Below are positions 56,557 to 64,000 of a DNA stretch of 64,000 bases, piece after piece. The notes beneath the pieces were generated by a model. The model did no database searches. It worked only from the letters and a program-made list of their open reading frames with translations, and had not been told where the DNA came from. Position 1 is the first letter of the stretch. Every line of letters starts with the position of its first letter. Position numbers and translations under genes: made by a program. The stretch comes from an uncultured Defluviitaleaceae bacterium (lineage in GTDB: Bacteria; Bacillota; Clostridia; Lachnospirales; WRBF01), in contig CAZHPA010000006.1 of assembly GCA_964533945.1 (NCBI GenBank), positions 157 to 64,156 on the forward strand. Reading direction: 5' to 3'.

Positions 56557-57543
56557 TTAATCGTTAATTATTAGACTTTCATCACGGCTTAAAGGTTTTG
56601 TTAAATCAAACCCTCCGTTAAAATTCGTTATTTTTTCCGATTCTATAAGAAACTGAACCTTTTTAACATTTTTAACGTTCGAAGGCTCTGTTAGCGAATT
56701 AACTATAGAATATATTGTAATCTTTTGCGCTGTTGCATCTCCTGTGTGTTTTAAAACAAAATCGTTGCTTAAATTAACATAGCAAGTTGATGTTGTTTCA
56801 TCAAGCTTAATATCTCTTACAACCGTTTCATGGGGAATTGTAGGAAGCAAACCTTCTTTTGTTGGGCCTTTTATCAATTCTTCAATAATACACGTTTCAA
56901 CGGAAAGTTCTTTAACTTCAACAGGGCGTTCTTCAAAAGTTAAAAGTTTATTATTGCTATTTGCAAAATATAGTTTAAGCCATTGCGTTTCAACTTTTTC
57001 AGAAGAAATTTTGGCATCAATAATTACATTTTGCCTATTTAGCAGCCCTATAGGTTTACCTGTGTCATTTAAAAGTTCTTTTCCGCCAACATAAATGTGG
57101 ACATTATCAATAAAGCTTAAATCGGTCATTGTCCATACAAGGCTTCCTCTAAAAAAAAGCTCGGTCATAGGCAATATATTTTTATATTTTTCAGAAAATT
57201 CAACTTCCAACAAAGAGTCGTTAACAATTCTAATTTTTTCTATTTCATCTTTTATGTCATTTGGCAATGTTTTAACCAAGGAAGTGTTTTTAGGCCCTTC
57301 ATACAGTAAATTTAAAACGCTTCTGGCAATATCTGTATTTTCGCCTTTTTCAACATATCTTGTTTCGGGTTCGATTTTATTTGTTATAGAATTTAAATAG
57401 TATACCGAAACGGCAAGCTTATTTTCGTTTGTATTGCTAATAGTAGGAAAAAGAAGCATTGCTGCAACATAAATGCATAGCAAAAGTAAAATTATTATAC
57501 TAAGCAAGCGAATAGCTTTTTTGTTGTTCAATAGCGGCTTCAC
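56557..57543 (-). CDS. GerMN-domain (germination protein M-like) lipoprotein/secreted protein, two GerMN repeats
   Basis: N-terminal TM/signal. Twice-repeated pattern ..VYY..(E)..L.PE.R.V......A....L..L..GP.. typical of GerMN. Confidence 0.65.
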   Translation of the reverse strand: MKPLLNNKKAIRLLSIIILLLLCIYVAAMLLFPTISNTNENKLAVSVYYLNSITNKIEPETRYVEKGENTDIARSVLNLLYEGPKNTSLVKTLPNDIKDEIEKIRIVNDSLLEVEFSEKYKNILPMTELFFRGSLVWTMTDLSFIDNVHIYVGGKELLNDTGKPIGLLNRQNVIIDAKISSEKVETQWLKLYFANSNNKLLTFEERPVEVKELSVETCIIEELIKGPTKEGLLPTIPHETVVRDIKLDETTSTCYVNLSNDFVLKHTGDATAQKITIYSIVNSLTEPSNVKNVKKVQFLIESEKITNFNGGFDLTKPLSRDESLIIND

Positions 57544-57549
57544 CTCCTT

Positions 57550-58980
57550 TTATTTTTGATAATGTATAGGCAATCGTACTAAAAAAATGCTTCCTTCATT
57601 TTCCTTACTTGTTAGCCTAATGCTTCCATTGTGCAAAAGAATTGTTGAATGGGTTATAGAAAGCCCAAGCCCTGTTCCGCCTGTTTCTCTATCTCTTGTT
57701 TTATCAACCCTGTAAAACCTATTAAAAACTTTTGCCTGATGCTCTTCGTTAATGCCAATGCCCGTATCTTGAACGGTTATAAAAGCGTTTTGATGGTCGC
57801 AATCTAAAATTATTCTAACAGTTCCGCCTTCAGGTGTATATTTAATGCCGTTTTCAATTAAATTTGATATTGCAAGACTAAGCTTAACTTCATCTGCTTC
57901 TACAACAATCGTTTTAATTTCTTCAAAAATCAATTCAATGTTTTTTTGCTCTGCTAAAGGGTTAAGGCGTTTTAATATATCGAAAACAACCTCGCTAATA
58001 TCAGTTTCTCTTATATTTAAGCCAATTTCTCGCTGGTCTAGCTTAACAAGGTTTAATAAATCGTTTACGATATTTGTCATTCGGTCTATTTCTGAATTAA
58101 TATCTTGCAAAAATTCACGATACATTTCAATTGGAACAGTTTGTTCTAAAAGTATTGATTCTGTTAAAACCTTTATTGAACTTAAAGGCGTTTTTAATTC
58201 ATGAGAAACGTTAGAAACAAATTCTTCCCTTGTTTTTTCAACTTGCTCAAGCTTTTGAGTCATATTGTTAAAAGCAATACCAAGTTCTGAAAATTCATCT
58301 TTGCCTTTAACTGTTATTCTTTGATTTAAATGTCCGTCGGACATTTTTTGAACAACTTTTAAAACGTTGTTAAGTGGGTCTAACAAAAATTTAGAGCCAA
58401 TAAACGATAAAAAGACAAGCAATATAACCGTTAAAACTATAAATAAAAGAAGTATTTTTTCTATTTTATCAAGTGCCGAATATATGTCTTTAAGCGATGC
58501 AACTATAAGTACAACGCCTATTTTTTGGGAATCTTTATTAAAAATAGAAACAGAAACGTATAAAATATCACCTTTTGCAGAAATTTTGCTGTTTTTTTGC
58601 AGCCCTTCAACCATTTCAGGCGTTACATAAGTTTTGCCTATTTCTGTTTTGCTTGAATCATTAATAACAATGCCTTTTGTATCTAACACAAGTATTCTAA
58701 TTGAGTTTTCTTTGCTTTTAATATTTATTTCGCCTTCAAGCATTTGGCGTTTTGCTTCATCGGATAGGAAGTTGTTTTGCGAAATGCTGCCTGCTATTAT
58801 ATTTGCTGTTGTTAAAAGCTTAAGTTCTCGTTCGTTTTTATAGTATGTTTCCATAGAAGTTAAAATTGTGTTAAAAAATAGCAAAATAGGCACAAAGCTA
58901 ATAAATATAAAGCTACAAAACAGCTTTAACCTAAGGCTATGATACCAGCGCTTTTTGGTGTTATTTAAAATAATAACCAA
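57550..58980 (-). CDS. Sensor histidine kinase (two TM segments, extracytoplasmic domain, HAMP, HisKA, HATPase_c)
   Basis: H-box FVSNVSHELKTPL. N box NLIENGIKYT. G boxes DTGIGI and GTGLGLSI. Confidence 0.85.
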   Translation of the reverse strand: MVIILNNTKKRWYHSLRLKLFCSFIFISFVPILLFFNTILTSMETYYKNERELKLLTTANIIAGSISQNNFLSDEAKRQMLEGEINIKSKENSIRILVLDTKGIVINDSSKTEIGKTYVTPEMVEGLQKNSKISAKGDILYVSVSIFNKDSQKIGVVLIVASLKDIYSALDKIEKILLLFIVLTVILLVFLSFIGSKFLLDPLNNVLKVVQKMSDGHLNQRITVKGKDEFSELGIAFNNMTQKLEQVEKTREEFVSNVSHELKTPLSSIKVLTESILLEQTVPIEMYREFLQDINSEIDRMTNIVNDLLNLVKLDQREIGLNIRETDISEVVFDILKRLNPLAEQKNIELIFEEIKTIVVEADEVKLSLAISNLIENGIKYTPEGGTVRIILDCDHQNAFITVQDTGIGINEEHQAKVFNRFYRVDKTRDRETGGTGLGLSITHSTILLHNGSIRLTSKENEGSIFLVRLPIHYQK

Positions 58981-59656
58981 CTCCCCATTTTGTGTGTATA
59001 TACTTAGGTTCGCTGGGGTTTTCTTCTATTTTTTCACGTAGCCTTCTAATATGAACGTCAACTGTTCTAATATCTCCGGGGTAATCGTATCCCCAAACTG
59101 TATTTAATAGGCTTTCACGGCTATATACCTTAGATTGATGTTCCATTAAAAGCTGAACTAAATCAAATTCTTTAGCAGTTAAATTAATTTCATTGTTATC
59201 TATAAATGCGCGGCGAGAATCAAGTTCTATCATAAGCCCTCTAACTTTCAGGGCATTTTTTCTTTGTTCAAATTCATCCATTTTTGGAGTGCTGCGGCGA
59301 AGTATTGCCTTAATTCTTGCTTTAAGCTCAAGTATATTAAATGGCTTTGTAATGTAGTCATCGGCTCCATATTCAAGCCCCATTATTTTATCCATATCGT
59401 CGCCTTTTGCCGTTACCATAATTACAGGTACTTGACTAAAGCCTCTTATTTGCTGGCAAACTTGAAGTCCGTCGATTTTAGGAAGCATAACATCTAAAAC
59501 AACTAAATTGTATTCGTACATTTTCGCAAGCCTTAACGCTTCTTCGCCGTCAAATGCAACATCAACAGTCATTCCGTCTTGTTCTAAACTGAATTTTATT
59601 CCTTTAACAATTAATCTTTCATCATCAACTACCAAAATACGAACGCCCAAAAACAC
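58961..59656 (-). CDS. OmpR-family response regulator
   Basis: ILVVDDE, VVLDVMLPKIDG, ITKPF. Winged helix ..TVWGYDY..RTVDVHIRRLREKIE..IHTKWGVGY. Confidence 0.9.
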   Translation of the reverse strand: MFLGVRILVVDDERLIVKGIKFSLEQDGMTVDVAFDGEEALRLAKMYEYNLVVLDVMLPKIDGLQVCQQIRGFSQVPVIMVTAKGDDMDKIMGLEYGADDYITKPFNILELKARIKAILRRSTPKMDEFEQRKNALKVRGLMIELDSRRAFIDNNEINLTAKEFDLVQLLMEHQSKVYSRESLLNTVWGYDYPGDIRTVDVHIRRLREKIEENPSEPKYIHTKWGVGYYFK

Positions 59657-59685
59657 ACACTCCTTTAGCCATATTGTTTTAGCAA

Positions 59686-60399
59686 TTATTCCAAAATAAC
59701 TTTATCCTTTATAAGTTCAAAAGTTTTTTCTCCAATATTGCGTACATTTTTTAGTTGTTCTTTTTCTGTAAATTTTCCGTTTTCTTCTCGATAGTCAATT
59801 ATAGCTTGTGCTGTTGAAGGTCCGATTTTAGGCAAAAGTATTAGTTCTTCCAATGTTGCCGTATTTATATTAACGGATACGGAAGCTTCTGAGCCATTTT
59901 CTTCATCTTCAGGGCTTTGTTCATTGGAAGGGGAAGGGGTGTTTTTCGGTTTATTTTGTTCTTTAATAGAATTTTCAACATATTCTTCGCCGACAGCAGG
60001 TATTACAATATGTTCTCCATCTTCAACTACACGTGCTAAATTAATTTTGCTTAAATCGGCAGAATCTTTGCTTCCTCCGGCAAGTCTTAATAAATCTGAA
60101 ATTCTCCCGTCTAAATTAAGTTCATATACGCCGGGTGTTTCAACTTCGCCTGTAATATATGCTTTAACAGATTTAGCTTCTTCTTCAATTTCTTCCAAAT
60201 TTTCTAAAGGCTGTTCTAAACTTGAAGTTCCGTTTTTAATTTCATTAAACGTTAAAAGTTCTTCTTCTGGATTTTGCGTCGAAAAAGCTTGGGAATTGCC
60301 GGCCCCACGGTAAATATAATAAACTAAGCTACAAGTTAAAACTGCTACTGCAATAATAGCTGCTGCGTATATTACGTTTTTATTTTTCAAAAAAATCAC
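59686..60399 (-). CDS. comEA: Competence protein ComEA (SLBB domain plus helix-hairpin-helix DNA-binding domain)
   Basis: N-terminal TM. ..VKAYITGEVETPGVYEL..GRISDLLRLAGG... C-terminal ..VNINTATLEELILLPKIGPSTAQAIIDYREENGKF... Confidence 0.85.
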   Translation of the reverse strand: MIFLKNKNVIYAAAIIAVAVLTCSLVYYIYRGAGNSQAFSTQNPEEELLTFNEIKNGTSSLEQPLENLEEIEEEAKSVKAYITGEVETPGVYELNLDGRISDLLRLAGGSKDSADLSKINLARVVEDGEHIVIPAVGEEYVENSIKEQNKPKNTPSPSNEQSPEDEENGSEASVSVNINTATLEELILLPKIGPSTAQAIIDYREENGKFTEKEQLKNVRNIGEKTFELIKDKVILE

Positions 60400-60857
60400 C
60401 CCTTTTTAGGTGTGTTATTGCTTTTGTATTTATTTAAAATATAACTTTTAGAAGCTTTTAAAGCGTGTATTTTAGGCTTATTACGAACTTTTGAAGCAAG
60501 CTCTTTATTTTTTTGTTCTTGAAGCCTAATTTTAACATCTACATCAATTACGCTTTTAATTTGTTCTTGAAGCTTCTTAACTTGTTCACCGTATTGATTT
60601 GCATTTTTATCAAACCATTCCGACATTTCGTTAAATGTTGATTGAAAAAAGTTGTCGGCATTTATAACTTCATCAATTAATTTTTGTTTTTCTTTGCTCA
60701 TCTCGTTGAAAAAGACGTTTAATTCAGGAGTTTCTTCGTTAGAAAGTAAAACAGTTTCCTGATTAATAGTTAAATTCAAAATTTGAGATAAAGCTTCTTT
60801 TTTCTTTGAAAGAATATCAAATAGTAAATTAAATTTAGCTTCCATAAAGCCATGCAC
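60396..60857 (-). CDS. Hypothetical helical protein (FlgN-like appearance)
   Basis: 153-aa ORF whose stop overlaps the comEA start. Coiled-coil-like composition only. Confidence 0.4.
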   Translation of the reverse strand: MHGFMEAKFNLLFDILSKKKEALSQILNLTINQETVLLSNEETPELNVFFNEMSKEKQKLIDEVINADNFFQSTFNEMSEWFDKNANQYGEQVKKLQEQIKSVIDVDVKIRLQEQKNKELASKVRNKPKIHALKASKSYILNKYKSNNTPKKG

Positions 60858-60885
60858 CCGCTTGTTGTAAATTAATTAAAACCAA

Positions 60886-61626
60886 TTAAAACCAAGGAAG
60901 AAATTTTTTGCTGTTAATTTTAACGTCAAGATGACGATACATAAAAATATTTGCAGCTTTAGTTAAATTTTGCTGCGCATTATCCGAAAGTGTAAAGCAA
61001 AATAAATTTTTAAGTTCGTCTTTTGAAATTGAAAGTATGTAATTTATAGCACAAAGCGTTGCCTTTGATATAGTGATTATTGATTTTTTATAGTTTTTTG
61101 CACAATTTTCACATAAAACGCCATATGCTGCAAAATGAAAGTATTCTAAAAAAAACTCGCCGCAAACAAAACAACAATCCATTTGCGGCAAATATCCGTT
61201 ATACTCCATAAACTTAAATTCAAAAACACTGCAAACAAGTTGTGGCGAAATGGTAGATAACGCTTTTAAACTTTTTAAAAGCAAAAGCAAAATGTCATCG
61301 CAGCAAACATCTTCCAAAACTACTTTATCGCATAATTCTAAAAGGTAGCTTGAAACACACAGTTTATCGTAATCTTTTGTTATGTTTGAAAAATTTTCTA
61401 TTAAATCTGCTTGAGAAATAAAATATAAATTTCCTTTTTTGTTAATAACAAAGTCTGAATAGGCGAAAAGCTGAGTTGTTGCTAAAAGTTTGCCCGAAGT
61501 TTTTCGTCCTGCTTTTGCCATAGCGGAAATTTTGCCATATTCTTTTAAAAACAATGTTACAATTTTATCCGATTCTAAAACGGAAGTTTCTTTTAAAACT
61601 ATTCCGCGGCATTTAAAAATTCCCAT
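60886..61626 (-). CDS. recO: DNA repair protein RecO
   Basis: N-terminal OB fold (..GIVLKETSVLESDKIVTLF..) and a zinc motif C..C....C..C (CFVCGE...CENC). Located after era-yqzL. Confidence 0.85.
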   Translation of the reverse strand: MGIFKCRGIVLKETSVLESDKIVTLFLKEYGKISAMAKAGRKTSGKLLATTQLFAYSDFVINKKGNLYFISQADLIENFSNITKDYDKLCVSSYLLELCDKVVLEDVCCDDILLLLLKSLKALSTISPQLVCSVFEFKFMEYNGYLPQMDCCFVCGEFFLEYFHFAAYGVLCENCAKNYKKSIITISKATLCAINYILSISKDELKNLFCFTLSDNAQQNLTKAANIFMYRHLDVKINSKKFLPWF

Positions 61627-61715
61627 TATTCTTTCCTAAACTCTTTATATCCTAAATATGCGTCAACAGAACCGAACTTCTCAAAAATTTTCCAATAAAT
61701 TTCATCGTATGACAT
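61626..61715 (-). CDS. yqzL: YqzL-family small protein (29 aa), missing from the ORF track
   Basis: MSYDEIYWKIFEKFGSVDAYLGYKEFRKE. Its stop overlaps the recO ATG (TAATG). The era-yqzL-recO order is conserved, as in Bacillus. Confidence 0.6.
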   Translation of the reverse strand: MSYDEIYWKIFEKFGSVDAYLGYKEFRKE

Positions 61716-61840
61716 ACAAGTTCCCCCCATTTGTCATATTTTTGGCTACTTTAATATTTTTCTTAGCTTTAAATTTTTTTATACTATTTAAAAACTGGAA
61801 ACGCTTTATAAGCTTATAGTAGCACTAGCAATAATACAAG

Positions 61841-62728
61841 TCAAGGGGAAAATTCATAACCTAAGGTTCTAAGCAAAAAGTCGCTATCACGCCAATCTTT
61901 TTTAACTTTAACCCAAAGTTCTAAGAAAATTTTACTTCCTAGTATACGTTCAATATCAGTTCTTGACCATGTTCCAATTTGTTTTAGGGTTGCCCCTTTT
62001 TTGCCGATTATTATACCTTTATGCGAATCTTTTTCACAAAAAATTGTTGCACAAATATCAACAACATCGCTGTTTTGGCGTTCCTTCATAGAATCTATAT
62101 AAACGGCAACCCCATGTGGCACTTCATCTTCCAAAATTTTTAACGCTTTTTCACGTATTATTTCAGAAACAATTTGGCGTTCTGGCTGGTCTGTTATTAT
62201 ATCGTCTGGAAAATATTTTGGGCCTTTAGGCAAATAATTTTTAATTGCATTTAAAAGCGTTTGGGTGTTTTGTGATTTTAAAGCCGAAACGGGTATTATT
62301 TCTTTAAAATCATATAGTGTTCTGTAGTTATCTATAGTTTTTAAAATTTGTTCTTTTGGTATAGTATCAATTTTATTTATAACTAAAAACACAGTTTGAT
62401 TTTTAAATTTTTCTATAATGTCTAAATCGCCTTTTAAAACTTTATCGGTTGGGTCTGTTAAAAAAAGCAAAACGTCTACTTCGCTAAAAGTTGAAGCAGA
62501 CGTTTTAATCATAAACTCGCCAAGCTTCGACTTAGGTATGTGTATACCAGGCGTGTCAATAAAAACAACTTGAGCGTCGTCGGTTGTTAAAATGGTTTGA
62601 ATTTTATTTCTTGTTGTTTGGGGCTTATTTGAAACTATTGCTATTTTTTCTCCTATTAAGGAGTTCATAAGCGTTGATTTTCCGACGTTAGGCCGCCCAA
62701 CTAAAGAAACAAACCCCGACTTAAACAT
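61841..62728 (-). CDS. era: GTPase Era
   Basis: [20 protein letters not shown] (G1), DTPG (G3), NKID (G4), C-terminal KH domain. The ORF-track N-terminal extension overlaps rplT and is not credible. Confidence 0.93.
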   Translation of the reverse strand: MFKSGFVSLVGRPNVGKSTLMNSLIGEKIAIVSNKPQTTRNKIQTILTTDDAQVVFIDTPGIHIPKSKLGEFMIKTSASTFSEVDVLLFLTDPTDKVLKGDLDIIEKFKNQTVFLVINKIDTIPKEQILKTIDNYRTLYDFKEIIPVSALKSQNTQTLLNAIKNYLPKGPKYFPDDIITDQPERQIVSEIIREKALKILEDEVPHGVAVYIDSMKERQNSDVVDICATIFCEKDSHKGIIIGKKGATLKQIGTWSRTDIERILGSKIFLELWVKVKKDWRDSDFLLRTLGYEFSP

Positions 62729-63071
62729 TTTTAGCTTTTTGAACAAGCTGTGCAAAAGCGTCGCTATCGTTAACAGCAAGTTCTGCAAGCATCTTTCTAT
62801 TAATATTAATTCCTGCTGTTTTTAAGCCATTCATAAATTTACTATATGAAATGCCATGCACTCTTGCAGCAGCGTTAATTCTTGTAATCCATAATCTTCT
62901 ATATTCACGCTTAATTTGTTTTCTTCCTCTGAAAGCATGAGCCATAGCACGCATTACGGATTGTTTAGCAACTCTGTATTGTTTGCTTCTAGAGCCTCTA
63001 AAGCCTTTTGCAAGCTTTAAAACTTTCTTATGTTTTTTTCTGGCGTTTAACGCCCCTTTAACTCTTGACAC
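62721..63071 (-). CDS. rplT: 50S ribosomal protein L20
   Basis: [37 protein letters not shown]... Confidence 0.95.
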   Translation of the reverse strand: MSRVKGALNARKKHKKVLKLAKGFRGSRSKQYRVAKQSVMRAMAHAFRGRKQIKREYRRLWITRINAAARVHGISYSKFMNGLKTAGININRKMLAELAVNDSDAFAQLVQKAKNV

Positions 63072-63085
63072 AAAAAGCCCTCCTT

Positions 63086-63283
63086 CTACATATAAGGTAA
63101 CATTAATCTAACCTTTTTCATATTTGTTTTGTCTACAACTCCGCGTAAACGTAGTTTTCTCTTACGTTTAGGACTTTTTTTGCCTAAAATATGTTGCTTA
63201 TTTGCTTTTGAATATTTAACTTTGCCTGTTGCTGTTTTTGTAAAGCGCTTTTTTGCAGCTTTTCTTGTTTTTAACTTAGGCAT
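63086..63283 (-). CDS. rpmI: 50S ribosomal protein L35
   Basis: [33 protein letters not shown]... Confidence 0.95.
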   Translation of the reverse strand: MPKLKTRKAAKKRFTKTATGKVKYSKANKQHILGKKSPKRKRKLRLRGVVDKTNMKKVRLMLPYM

Positions 63284-63321
63284 CTTTGCATCTCCTTCTG
63301 TATTTTAATGCCTGACTATAT

Positions 63322-63828
63322 TTAAGCACGAGGTGACAAAAACATAGCCATACTCTTCGCCTCCATTTTCGGTGGTTTTTCCACTACGCCATAATCTGAG
63401 ACTTTTTGTGCAAACTCGTCCAGCATTTTATATGCAACGTCCGTGTGTCCCAGTTCTCTCCCTCGAAAACGAACAGTGATTTTAACTTTATCTCCTTTAG
63501 ATAAAAATTCAATAGCTTTTTTAAGCTTAACAGAAACGTCATGAGTATCAATGTTAGGAGATAATCTTAGCTCCTTAATTTCAATGTTTTTCTGCTTTTT
63601 GCGTGCTTCCTTTTCTTTTTTAGACTGGTCAAATTTAAATTTGCTATAGTCCATAATTTTGCAAACCGGCGGTTTTGCTGTTGGAGAAATTTTAACTAAG
63701 TCAAGCCGCTTCTCATCGGCAAGCCTTGCCGCCTCTTTTCCGGAAACAATGCCAAGCTGTGTTCCGTCCGAATCAATGAGCCGCACTTCCCTGTCACGAA
63801 TTTGTTCATTAATCATTAAATCTGTAAT
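63322..63828 (-). CDS. infC: Translation initiation factor IF-3 (probable non-ATG ATT start)
   Basis: ..INEQIRDREVRLIDSDGTQLGI..AKPPVCKIMDYSKFKF..KELRLSPNIDTHD... ATT at 63828 lies 8 nt after GGAGGTG (alternative ATG 63816). The ORF-track N-terminus is leader sequence. Confidence 0.9.
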   Translation of the reverse strand: MTDLMINEQIRDREVRLIDSDGTQLGIVSGKEAARLADEKRLDLVKISPTAKPPVCKIMDYSKFKFDQSKKEKEARKKQKNIEIKELRLSPNIDTHDVSVKLKKAIEFLSKGDKVKITVRFRGRELGHTDVAYKMLDEFAQKVSDYGVVEKPPKMEAKSMAMFLSPRA

Positions 63829-63993
63829 GGCAATAGCACCTCCTAAAATATTGGTAGAGCAAAAAAATAAAGGGCATAAAAATTCCACCCTTTAGAACCC
63901 AAAGCTTTCAGCAGTTAGGTGAGAAGTGGAACTTCTACTTCCTTAATTATGTTCAATTATCCATATTGTATCATACATAAAAAATTGTGTCAA
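63829..63993 (-). promoter_or_regulatory. infC-rpmI-rplT promoter and L20-leader-like attenuator
   Basis: Minus strand TTGACA-N17-TACAAT (63993-63965). The ~130-nt leader holds the hairpin GAAGU..ACUUC. An intrinsic terminator AAAGGG..CCCTTT + ATTTTTTTG lies at 63893-63860, just upstream of the infC SD. This matches the Firmicutes L20 autoregulation layout. No covariance model was run. Confidence 0.45.
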
Positions 63994-64000
63994 GATAGTT

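Noticed and set aside
63829-63888. ATG-initiated N-terminal extension of infC (MEFLCPLFFCSTNILGG...)
   Set aside because: It translates the terminator/attenuator and SD of the leader. IF-3 homology starts at ..ITDLMINEQIR, with an ATT codon at proper SD spacing, consistent with the known non-ATG initiation of infC.

Overview
This window looks like a low-GC Firmicutes (Clostridia-like) chromosome segment. Evidence for that placement: SLH surface protein, the ylbJ/GerMN sporulation genes, and gene orders rsmD-coaD-ylbJ, ylmE-sepF-ylmG-ylmH, ruvAB, comEA..comEC-holA, rny and infC-rpmI-rplT-era-yqzL-recO.

Positions ~15.8-64 kb are ordinary core genome. Positions ~1-15.4 kb are accessory and decaying. 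They hold a vWA/SLH surface protein, a Crp/Fnr regulator with a split permease-ferredoxin pair, and a response regulator / histidine kinase / ABC ATPase / FtsX-permease resistance-type cassette. Two degraded cysteine-rich KTR pseudogenes bracket that cassette. Truncated hemerythrin and histidine-phosphatase genes follow it.

The most interesting object is a ~2.1 kb insert (about 7925-10025) that splits the ABC ATPase gene in the sense orientation. I read it as an IStron, meaning a group I intron fused to a TnpB transposon. Its parts, left to right:
- about 415 nt of ORF-free RNA with group I intron P/Q/R/S-like core elements and a P1 helix with a U-G wobble
- an unannotated 52-aa ribbon-helix-helix ORF on the opposite strand
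- two back-to-back consensus sigma-A promoters sharing a perfect palindrome
- an intact 402-aa TnpB
- an omega-RNA-like tail

No tnpA gene is present anywhere in the window. IStrons are a known class, but I do not recognise the internal RHH/operator/divergent-promoter module as part of described ones. The splice-site register is also puzzling.

Further TnpB-element relics occur at 1-40, 14271-14585 (promoter plus orphan omega-RNA-like scaffold, no tnpB), 20076-20368 and 32851-33590. I found no rRNA, tRNA or CRISPR array. All calls come from reading the sequence and translations by eye; no database search or folding program was run.
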